DNA of 64,000 nucleotides from the human T2T-CHM13v2.0 reference genome, Homo sapiens: assembly GCF_009914755.1 (NCBI RefSeq), contig NC_060938.1, one strand, 5' to 3'. Positions within the stretch are counted from its first letter, which is position 1. Each line of letters opens with the position of its first letter. Positions 1-12,000 of this stretch are shown here, piece by piece. The translations under genes were made by a program, and so were the position numbers. The notes under the pieces were generated by a model. The model did not search any database. It had not been told where the DNA came from and saw only the letters and a list, made by a program, of their open reading frames with translations.

Positions 1-3000
1 GAATGGAATGGAATAGAGTGGAATGGAATGGAGTGGAGTGGAGTGGAATGGAGTGCAATGGAGTGAAATGGAGTGGAGTGGAATCGAGTGGAGTGGAATG
101 GAATGGAGTGGAATGGAATGGAGAGGAAATGAATGAAATGGAATGCAACACAGTGGAATGAAGTGGAGTAGAGTGCAATGGAGTTGAGTGGAGTGGATAG
201 GAATGCAGTGCAATGGAATGGAATGGAATGTAAGGGAGTAGAGTGGAGGGGATTGGAGTGGAGTGGAGTAGAGTGGAATGGAGTGGAATGGCATGGAGTG
301 GAGTGGAATGGAATGGAATGGAATGAAATTGAAAGGAATGGAAAGGAATGGAATGCAACGGAATGGAACAGAATGGAGTACAGTGGAGAGGAGTTGAGTG
401 GAGTGGATCGGAGTGCAGTGGCATGGAATGGAAAGGAATGGAATGGAATGGAATGGAATGGAACAGAATAGAAAGGAATGGGATGGAGTGGAGTGGAATG
501 GAAAGGAGTGGAGTGGAATGTAATGGAATGTAATGGAATGGAAAGGAATGGGATGGAGTGGAGTGGAATGGAAAGGAGTGGAGTGGAATGTAATGGAGTG
601 AAGTGGAATGGAATGGAGTGGAGTGGAATGGAATGGAGTGGAGTGGAATGGAGAGGAGTGCAGTGGAATGGTATGGATTGGAATGGAAAGGAAGGGAGTG
701 GAGTGCAGTGGAGTGGATTGGAGGGCAGCAGAATTGAATGGAGTGGAGTGGAGTAGAGTGGAGTGGAGTGGAGTTGAGTGGGGTGCATCGGAGTGCAGTG
801 GAATGGAATGGGAAGGAGTGGAGTTTAGTGGAGTGGAGTGGAGAGGAATTTAATGGAAAGGAGTGGACTGGAATTGTTTGGAGTGGATAGGAATGGAATG
901 GAACATAAAGGAATGGAATGGAATGGAAAGGAATGGAACGGAATGGAGTGGAGTGCAGTGGAGTTGAGTCGAGTCAATCTGAGTGCAGTGGAAAGGAAAG
1001 GAATGGAATAGAATGGAATGGAATGGAACGGAACGGAACGGAACGGAACGGAATGGAATGGAATGGAGTGAAGTGGGATGGAAGGGAGTGCAGGAGAGTA
1101 GAGTGAAGTGGAGTGCAGTGGAGTGGAGTGGAATGGAATGGAATGGAGTTGAATGGAATGGAAAAGAATGGTGAAATGCATTGTGAGCTATGATTTTGCC
1201 ACTGCACTACAGTCTGGGTGACAAAGTGAGATCCAATTGAAATAAAGTAATCGAATGGAATGCAGTAGAATGGAAGGGAATGGATTGGAGTGGAGTGGAG
1301 CAGAGTGGAGTGGAGTGGAGTGCAGTGGACTGGAGTGGAACGAGGGGAATGGAATGGAGTAGAGTGGAATGGAATGGAAAGGAACAGAATGGAATGGAAG
1401 GTAAAGGAATGAAGTGGAGTGGAGAGTAGTGCAGTTGAGTGGAGTGGATCGGAGTGCAGTGGAATGGAATGGAATGAAATGGCATGGAATGGAGTGGAAT
1501 GGAATGGAGTGGAGTGGAGTAGAGTGGTGTGGAGTGGAGTGGAATGGAATGGAATGGAATGGAATGCAATGGAATGGTGAAACGTAATGTGAGCTAAAAT
1601 TGTGCCACTGCAATACAGTCTGGGTGACAGAGTGACATCCAATCGAAATAAAGCAATGGAATTGAATGGAGTAAAGTGGAAAGGAATGAGGTGGAGTGGA
1701 ATGGAATGCAGTGGAACGGAGTGGAATGGAGTGTACTGGGATGGAGTAAAGTGGAATTGAGCAGAACGGAAAGAAATGCAATAGAGACGAATGGAATGGA
1801 ATGGAATGAAGTGGAATGCAGCATAATGGAATGGAGTGGAGTAGAATGGAGAGGAATGGAATGGAATGGAATGGAATGGAAATGAGTGGAATGGAATGGA
1901 ACGCAAATCAGTGGAATGGAATGGAGTGGAGTGGAGAGGAGTGGAATGGAGTGAAGTGGAATGGGGTGGAATGGAGTAGAATGTAGTGGAATGGAGTGAA
2001 ATGGAGTGGAATGTAATGGAGTGGACTGGCATGGAATGGAGTGGAATGGAACAGAATGGTACAGAATGAAACGGAATGGAATGGAACAGAGTGGAGTGGA
2101 GTGGAGTTGAGAGGAGTGGATCGGAGTGCAGTGGAACGGAATGGAATGGAATGGAGTGGAGTGGAGTGGAGTAATGGAATGGAGTAAAATGGAGTGGAGT
2201 GGAAGGGAGTGCAGTGGAATGGAGTAGAATGCCATGGAACGGAATGGAGTGGAGTGGAATGGAGTGGAATGGAATGGAATGGAATTGAATGGAATGAAAT
2301 AGAATGGAATGGAAGGGAAAGGAGTGGAGTGAAGTGGAGTTGAGTGGAGTGGACTGGCGTGTAGTGGAATGGAATGGAATGGAAGTTAATGAAATGGAAT
2401 AGAGTGGAGTGGAATGGAATGGAGTGGTATGGAGTGGAGTGGAGTGGAATGGAGTGTAGTGGAATGGAGTGGAGTGGAATGGAGTGGAAAGAATTAAATG
2501 GAATAGAGAGGAATGGAATGGAATAGAATGGAATGACGAGGAATATAGTATAATGGAGTGGAGTGGAGTGGAATGGAGTTTAGTGGAATGGAGTGGAATG
2601 GAATGGAAAGGAATGCAATTGAGTGGAATGGAATGGAGTGGAGTGGAGTGGAGAGGAGTGGAGGGGAGTGCAGTGGAATGGAGTGCTATGGAGTGAAATG
2701 GAGTGGAGTGGAGTGGAATGGAATAGAGTGGAATGGAATGAAACGGTACAGAACGGAAAGGAACAGAATGGAAAGGAGTGGAGTTGAGTGGAGTGTAGTG
2801 GAGTAGAGGGGAGTGGATTGGAATGCAGTGGAATGCAATGGAATGGAATGGAAAGGAGTGGAGTGGAGTGCATTGGAGTGGAGTGGAGGGGAATGGAGTA
2901 GAATGGAGTGGAATGGAGTGGAGTGGAGAGGAATGGAGTGGAATGGAATGGAAGGAATGGAATGGAACCAAATGGAAGGGAATGGAGTGGAGTGGAGTAG

Positions 3001-6000
3001 ATTTGAGTGGAGTGGAATGGAGTGCAGTGGAATGGATTGGAATGGAATAGAATGGAATGGAATGGAATGGAGTGGAGTGGAGTGGAGAGGGAGGGAATAG
3101 AGTGGAGTAGAGTGGAGTGGACAGGAATGGAGTGGAGTGGAATGGAATGGAATGGAATGGAATGGAGTGGAATGAAAAGGAATGGAGTGGAGTGGAATGG
3201 GCTGCAATGGAATGGAATGGAGTGGAGTGGAATGGAATGGAGTGGAGTGGAATGGAATTGAGTGAAGTGGAATGGAAGGGAGTGGATTGGAGTGGAATTG
3301 AGTGGAGTGGAATGGAATGTAGTGGAGTGGAATGGAGTGAAGTGCAACGGAATATAATGGAGTGGAATGGAATAGAATGGAGTGGAGTGGAGTGGAGTGG
3401 AATTGATTGGAGTGCAGTGGAATGGAATGGAATGGAATGAGGGGAGTGGAGTGGAATGAATGGAGAGGAACGAAATGCAGTACAGTGGAATGGAATGGAA
3501 TGGAACGAAATGGAATGGAATAGATTGGAGTGTAATGGAACGGAATGGAAAGGAGTGGAGGGGAGTGGAGTGGAGTGGAGTTGAGTGGAGTGTATCAGAG
3601 TGCAGTGGACTGGAATGGAATGGAATGAAATGGAAAGGAGTGGAGTGGAATGAAATTTAATAGAACGAAGTGGATTGGAGTGGAGTGGAGTGGAGTGGAG
3701 TACAGTGGAATGGAGTGGAGTGTAGTACAATGGGATGGAGTGGAGTGTAGTACAATGGAATTGAGTGGACTGTAGTACAATGGAATGGAGTGGAGTGCAA
3801 TGGAATTGAATGGAATGGAGTGGAGTGGACTGAAATGGAATCCAGTGGAGTGATGTGGAGTGGAGTGGAACGGAGTGGAGAGGAATGGCATGGAATGGAA
3901 TGGCATGGAATGGAATGGAATGGAATAGAATGGAATGGAATGGAGTGGAATGGAATGGAATGGAATAGAATGGAATGGAATGGAGTGGAATGGAATGGAG
4001 TGGAGTGGAATGGAATGGCATGGAAAGGAATGGAATGGAATGGAGTGGAGTGGAATGGAGTGGAGTGAAGTGGAATTGAATGGAGTGGAGTAAAATGGAG
4101 TGGAGTGAAGTGGAATGGAAGGGAGTGGATTGAAATGGAGGGAAGTGGAGTGTAATGGAATGGAGTGTAATGGAATGGAGTGGAGTGGATTGGAGTGCAG
4201 TGGAGTGGATCGGAGTGCTGTGGAATGGAATGGAACGGAATGGAATGGAATGGAGTGGAGTGCAGTGGAGTAGAGTGGAGTGGATTGGAATGGAGTGGAA
4301 AGGAATGAAATGGAACGGAATGGAATGGAACGGAATGGAAAACAGTGGACTGGAGTGAGGTTGAGAGGAATGGATTGGAGTGCAGTGGACTGGAATGGAA
4401 AGGAAAGTAACGGAGTGGAGTGGAATGGAATGGAGTGGAGTGGAGTGAAGCGGAGGGGAGTTGAGTGGAGTCGAACGGAATGAAATGGAGTGGAGTGGAG
4501 TGGATTGGAGTGTAATGGAATGGAATGGAATAGAATGGAATGAAATGGAACGGAATGGAATGGTGAAATGAAATGTGAGCTAAAATTCTGTCACTGCACT
4601 CCAGTCTGGGTCACAGAGTGAGATCCAGTCGAAATAAAGGAATGGAATACAATGGAGTAGAATTTCATGGAAGGGAGAAGAGTGGAATGGAATGGAGTGG
4701 AATAGAGTGGAATAGAGTGTAATGGAGTGGAATGGAATTGAATGGAGTGGAATGGAATTGAGTGGAGTGGAATGGAATGGTATGGAAGGGAGAGGAATGG
4801 AATGGAAAGGAGGAGAATGTAGTGTAGTGGAATGGAAAGGAGTGGAAGGAGTGGAGTGAAATGGAGTGGAATGGAGTGGCATTGAAAGGAATGGAATGAA
4901 ATGGAATGGAATGGAGTGGAGTGGAATGGAATGGAGTGGAATGGAGTGGATGGAAGTGGAATGGAGTGAAATGGAGTGGGTGGACTTCAGTGGAGTGGAA
5001 TGGAATGGAATGCAGTGGAGTAGAATGGAATGGAATGGAATGGAATGGAATGGAGTGGAGTGGAGAGGAATGGAATGGAGTGGAGTAGTGTGGAGTGGAG
5101 TGGTGTGGAGTGTATAGGAGTGCTGTGGACTGGAATGTAATGGAATGGAATGAAATCGAATGGAATGAAGAGGAGTGGAATGGAATTTAATGGAATGGAG
5201 TGGAGTAGAGGGGAGTGGAGTAAAATGGAATGGTGTGGAGTGGAATGGAATGGAATGGAATGGAATGGAATGAAGTGGAGTGGAGTGGATTGGAGTGGAG
5301 TGGAATGGATTGGAATGGAGAGGATTGAAATGGAATGCAATGTAATGGAAAGCAGTGGCATAGAGTGAAATGGAATGGATTGGAGTGCAGTGGAGTGGAG
5401 TGGAATGGAGTGGAGTGCAGCAGATTGGAGTGCAGTGGAGTGGAGTGGAACGGAGTGGAATGGAAAGGATTGGAATGGAATGAAATGGAATGGTGAAATG
5501 AAACGTGAGCTAAGATTGTGCCACTGCACTCCAGTATGGGTGACAAAGTGAGATACAGTCTAAATAAAGGAATGGAACGGAATGGAGTAAAATGCAATGG
5601 AATGGAGTGATGTGGAATGTAACGGAGAGGAAAGGAGTGGAGTAGAGTGGATTAGAGTGGAGTGGAATGGAATGGAGTGGAGTAGAACGGAACAGAACAG
5701 AACGGAATGGAACAAAGTGGAATAGAGTGGAGTGGAGTTGATTGGAGTGGATCGGACTGCAGTGGAATGTAATGGAATGTAATGGAAAGGTATGGAGTTG
5801 AGAGGAGTGGAGTTTAGTGAAGTGGAGTGGCGTTTAGTGGAGTGGAGTGGAATGGAGTGGAGTGGAAAGGAATGGAAGTGAGAGGAATGGAATGGAGTGT
5901 AGTGCAATGCAGTAGAGTGGAATGGACTGACATGGAGTGGAATGGAATGGAGTTTAGTGGAGTGGAGTGGAGTGGAATGGAGTGGAATTAGAGTGGAGTG

Positions 6001-9000
6001 GAATGGAGTGGAATGGAGAGGAATGGAATGGAATCGAGAGGAATGGAGTGGAGTGGAATGGAGTGGAATGGAATGTACTGAAATGGAGTGGAATGGAATG
6101 GAGTTTAGTGGAGTGGAGTGCAGTGGAATGGAGTGAAATGGAGTGGAGTGGAGTGCAGTGGAGTGTAATGGAGTTGAATGGAATGGAACAGAATGGAATG
6201 GAATGGAATGGAGTGTAGTGGAGTTGAGTGGATTGGAATTGAGTGGAGTGTGTCGCAGTACAGTGGAATGGAATGGAATGGAATGGAATGGAATGGAGTG
6301 TAGTGGAGTGAAGTTTAATGTGGTGGAGTGGAATGGAGTGTAGTAGAGTGGAGTGGAGAGGACTGGAGTGGAATGTGAAGGTACGGAGTGGAATGGAGTG
6401 GAGTGGAGTGGAATGGAATGGAATGGAAAGGAATGCAATGCAATGGAAAGGAAAGGAATGGAACGGAACAGAATGGAGTTGAGTGGAGTGCAGTGGAGTT
6501 GAGTGGAGTGGAGTAGAGTGGAGTGGTGTAGAGTGGACTGGAGTGGAATGGAATGAACTGGAATGGAATGGACTGGAACGGTGAAATGAAATGTGAACTA
6601 TGATTGTGCCACTGCATTCCTGTCTGAGTGACAGAGTGAGACCCAGTCGAAGTAAGGAATGGAATGGAATGGAGTAGAATGGAATGTAATGGAGTGGAGT
6701 GCAGTGGAAGGGAATGGTGGGGCATGGAGTGGAGTGGAGTGGAATGGAGTGGAGTGGAATGGATTGCTGTATAACGGAGTGGAATGGAGTGGAGTGGAAT
6801 GGACTGCATTGGAATGGAATGGTGTGGAATGGAATGGAAAGGTACGGAACAGAACAGAATGGAACAGAGTGGAGTGGAGTTGTGTGGAGTGGATGGGAGT
6901 GCAGCGGAATGAAATGGTATGGAATGGAATGGGGTGGAGTGGAGTGGAGTGGAGTGGAGTGAAGTGGAGTAGAATAGAGTGGAATGGTATGGAGGGGAGT
7001 GGAAAGGAATGGAACAGAATGGAACGGAATGGAATGGAACAGAATTGAATGGAACAGAACTGAACGTAGTGGAGTGGAGTGGATTGGACCGGAGTGCAGT
7101 GGAATGGAATGGAATGGAATGGAAAGGAATGGAATGCAATGGAAAGGAATGCAATGCAAGGCAATGGAATGGAATGGAATGGAATGGAATGGAATGGAAT
7201 GGAACGGAATGGAATGGAATGGAATTGGATGAAATGGAATGGAATGGAACAGAATTGAGTGGAGTGGAGAGTAGTGGAGTGGAGTGGAATGGAATGGAAT
7301 GGAAAAGAATGGAATGGAATGGTGAAATGTAGTGTATGCTAAGATTGTGCCACTGCACTCCAGTCTGGGTGACAGAGTGAGATCCGATTGAAATAAGGGA
7401 ATGGAATGGAATAAAGTAGAATGGAATGGAATGGAATAAAATGGAATTGGATGGATTGGAATGGAGTGGAGTGGATTGGAATGGTGTGTAATGGAGTGGA
7501 ATGGAATGGAATGGAGTGGAATGTAATGGAGAGGAATGGAAGAGAGAGGAGTGGAGAGGAACGGATTGAGGTGGAATGGAGTGGATTGGAATGCAGTGGA
7601 ATGGAGTGGAATGGAATGGAGTGGAGTCAAGTTGAGTGGAGTGGAGTGGAATGGAATGGTGTAGAATGGAATGGAACGGAACAGAACGGAATAGAATGGA
7701 ACGGAATGGAATGGAATGGTTGGAGTGGAGTGGAATTGGGTGGAGTGGATCGGACTGCAGTGGAATGGAATGGAATGGAATGGAATGGAATGGAATGGAA
7801 TGGAATGGAATGAAGTGGAGTGGAGTTAAGTGGAGTGGAGTGGAATGGAGTTGACTGGAGTGGAGCAGAGTGGAGTGGAGTGGAGTGGAATGGACTGGAA
7901 TGGAGTGGAATCGAATGGAGTAGAGTGGAATAGAATGAAATGGAATGGAATGCCATGGAATGGAAAGGAGTGGAATGGAAAGAAATGGAGTGGAGTGGAG
8001 TGGAATGGAATTGAGGGGAATGGAGAGAAGTGGAGTGGAGTGGAATGGAGTGGAGTGGAATAGAATGGTTGGGTATAGAATGGAACGCAACCGAATGGAA
8101 GGGAACGGAATTGAGCTTAGTGCACTGGAGTGGAGTGGAGTTGAGTGGAGTGGATCGGAGTGCAGTGGAATGGAATGCAATGGAATGGAATGGAGTGCAA
8201 TAGATTGGAATGGAATGGAATGCTGAAATGAAATGTGAGCTAAGATATTGCCACTGCTCTCCAGTCTGGATGACAGAGTGAGATCCAGTCGAAATAAATG
8301 AATGGAATGAAATGGAGTAGAAACGAAAGGAATGTAGTGGATTGGATTGAAGTGGAATGGATTGGAATGGAGTGGAATGGAGTGGAATGGAATGGAATGG
8401 AGTGCAATGGAATGGAGTGCAATGGAATGGAATGGAATGGACTGGAGTGGAATGGAATGGAGTGGAATGGAGTGGAGTGGAGTGGAGTGGAGAGGACTGG
8501 AGTGTAGTGGAGTGGATTGGAGTGGAGTGGAGCGGACTGGAGTGTAATGGAGTGGAATGGAGTGAAATGGAGAAGAGTGGAAAGGAGTGGAGTGGAATGG
8601 AATGGAGTGGAATGGTATGGAAAGTAAAGGACTGGAAAGGAATGGAATGGAATAGAATGGAAAGGAGTGGTTTGCAGTGGAATGGAATGGAATGGATTGC
8701 AGTGGAGTGTAGTGGAGTGGAGTGGAATGGAGTGGAATGGAATTTGAGTAGAGTGGAATGGAATGGAATGGAAAGGAATAGTATGGAATGGAATACAATG
8801 GAATGGAATGGAATGGAATGAAATGGAATGGAATGGGACGGAGTGGAGCAGAGTGGAGTGGAGTGGTGTTGATTAGAATGGATTGGATTACCGTAGAATG
8901 GAATGGAATGGAATGGAATGGAATAGAAAGGTGTGCACAGGAATGGAGAGGAGTTGAGTGGAGTGGAGTGGAATGGAAAGGAATGGAATGGAATGAAATG

Positions 9001-12000
9001 GAATGGTGAAATGTAATGTGTTCTAAGATTGTGCCACTGAACTCCAGTCTGGGTGACAGAGTGAGATCCAGAAGAAACAAAGGAATGCAATGGAATGGAG
9101 TAGAATGGAATTGAATAGAGTGGAGTGAAATGGAATGGAGTGGAATGGAGTGGAGTGGTTTGGAATGGAGTGGAATGGAATGGAGTTCAGTAGACTATAG
9201 TGGAACGGAGTGGAATGGAGTGAAATTGTGTTGAGTGGAGTGGAATTGAATGGCATGGAATGGAATGGAACAGAACAGAACAGAATGGAACGGAATGGAA
9301 AAGAGTGGAGTGGAGTGGAGTTGCGTGGAGGGTATCGGACTGCAGTGGAATGGAATGGAATGGAATGGAATGGAATGGAGTGGATTGGAGTGGAGTAAAG
9401 TACAGTGGAGCAGAGTAGAGTGGAATGGAGTGGAATAGAGTGAAAAAGAGAGGAGTAGAAAGGAGTGGAGTGGAACGGAATGGAGTGGAATGGAATGGAA
9501 AGCAAAGGATTGGAACCTAATTGAACGGACTGCAGTCGAGTGGAGTGGAAAGGAATGGAATGGAATGGAAGGGACTGGTGTGCAATGGAATGGAATGGAA
9601 TGGAATGGAATGGAATGGAGTGGAGTGGAGTGGAGTGGAGTGGAGTGAAGTGGAGTGGAATGGAGAGGAATGGAATGGAGTGGAGTGGCATGGAATGAAA
9701 TGGATTGAAACGGAATGGAATGGAATAGAATGGAATCCAAAAAAACGGAATGTAGTGGAGTGGAGAGGAGTGGATTTGACTGGAGAGGATCAGAGTGCAG
9801 TGGAAGGGGATGGAATTTAGTGGAGTGGAATGGAATGGAATGGAAAGTGGTGGAGTGGAATGGAATGGAGTTGAGTGGCATGGAATAGAATGGAATAGAA
9901 TGGAATTGAATGGAATGGATTGAAATGGAATGGAGTGGAATGGAATGGAATGGAATGGAATGGAATAGAATGGACTGGTGAAATGTAATGTTACCTAAGA
10001 TTGTGCAACCGCACTCCAGTCTGGGTGACAGAGTGAGATCCAATGGAAATAAAGGAATGCAATGAAATGGCGTAAAGAGGAATGGAATGAAATGGAATGG
10101 AGTGGAGTGGAGTAAAATGGAGTGGAATGGAATGGAAAGGAATGGAGTGGAATGAAATACAATGGAGTAGAATGGAGTGGAGTGGAGTTGAACGGATTGA
10201 AGTGGAATGGAGTGGATTGGAATAGAGTGGAATTGAGTGAAATGGAATGGAATGGAGTGGAATGGAAGAGAATAGAGTGGAATGGTATGGAGTGGAGTGG
10301 AGTAGAATGGAGTGGAATGGCGTGAAATTGAGTGGAATGGAAGGGATTGGAGTGGAATTGAAGGGAGTGGAATGGACCGGAACAGAACGGAATGGTATGG
10401 AATGGAGTGGAGTGGAGTGGAGTCGATCAGAGTGCAGTGGAATGGAATGGAAAGGAGTGGAATGGAGTTTAGTGGAGTGCAGTGGAGTGGAGTAGAGTGG
10501 AATGGAATGGAGTAAAATGGAGTGGAATGGAATGGATCAGAAGGGAACGGAGTGGAGTGGAGTGGGATTGAGTGGAGTGGATAAAAGTGCAGTGGAAAGG
10601 AATGGAATTGAATATAATGGAATGGAGTGAAGTGTAATGGAACGGAATGGAATGGAGTGGAGTGGAATGGATTGTAGTGGAATGGAGTGGAGTGGAGTGG
10701 AATGGATTGGAGTGGAGTGGAATGGAAAGGAATGGAGTGGACTGGAATGGAATGTAGTGTAATGGAACGGAGTGGAGTGGAGTGGAGTTCATCACAGTGC
10801 AGTGGACTGGAATGTAATGTAATGTCATGGAATGGACTGGAGTGGAATGGAATTTAGTGGAAAGCAGTGGAATGGAGTGCAGTGGAGATTAATGGAATAG
10901 AGTGGAGTGGAATGGAATGGAATGCCATGGAATGACATGGAGTAGAGTTTAGTGAAATGGAATGGAGAGGAGTGGAGTGGAGTGGAATGGAGTGGACTGC
11001 AGTGGATTGGAGTGCAGTGGAATAGAGTGGAGTGGAACGGAGTGGAATGGAAGGGAATGGAATGGAACGGAATGCAAAGGAATGGTGAAATGAAATGTCA
11101 GCTAAGACTGTGCCACTGAACTCCAATCTGGGTGACAGAGGGAGATCCAGTCGAAATAAAGGAATGGGATGTAATGGAGTAAAATCCAATGGAATGGCAG
11201 TGGAGTGGAATGGAATGGAGTGGAAAGGAGTGGACTGGAGTGGAGTGGAATGGAGTGGAAAGGAGTGGACTGGAGTGGACTGGAGTGGAGTGGAATGGAG
11301 TAGAGTGGAATGGAGTGGAATGGAGTGGAATGGAATGGAATGGAATGGAATGAGGTGGAATGGAATGCAATGTAGTGGAACGGAATGGAGTGCTGTGGAG
11401 TGCAGTGGAATGGATTGGAATGGAGAGAAAGTAGTGGAGAGGAATGGAGTGGAGTGGAATGGAATGGATTAGAAAGGAACAGAATGGAATGGAACAGAAA
11501 GGAATGGAATGGAGAGTTTAGGAGTGGAGTAGAGTTGAGTGGAGGGGATCAGAGTGCAGTGGAATGGAATGGAATGGAATGCAATGGAATGGAATGGTGA
11601 AATGAAATGTGAGCTAAGACTGTGCCACTGCACTCCTGTCATGGAGACAGAGTGAGATCCATTCGGAAATAAGGAATGGAATGCAATGGAGTAGAATGGA
11701 ATGGAATGGAGTGGAGTGGAATGGAATGGAGTGGAATGCATGGGAGTGGAGTGGAATGGAGTGGAGGCAAATGGAGTGGTGGAATGGTGTATATTGAAGT
11801 CTAATGGAGTGAAATGGAGTGGAATGGAGTGAAATGGCATGGAGTAGAATTCGGTGGAATGGAATGGAACGGAATGGAATGGAATGGAGTGGAGTGGAAT
11901 GGAGTGGAGTGGAGTGGAATGTTATGGATTGGAGTGGAATATAATTGGGTGGAGTGGAATGGAGTGGAAAGAGTGAAATTGAGTGGAGTGGAATGGAAGA

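Noticed and set aside
7321-7398. Cassettes as 7SL/Alu Pol III genes, or splice-donor-like GTGAGA/GTGAGC sites in them
   Set aside because: The cassettes lack the left arm with the A and B boxes. The donor-like hexamers are inherited Alu sequence with no plausible acceptor or exon context on this purine-rich strand.
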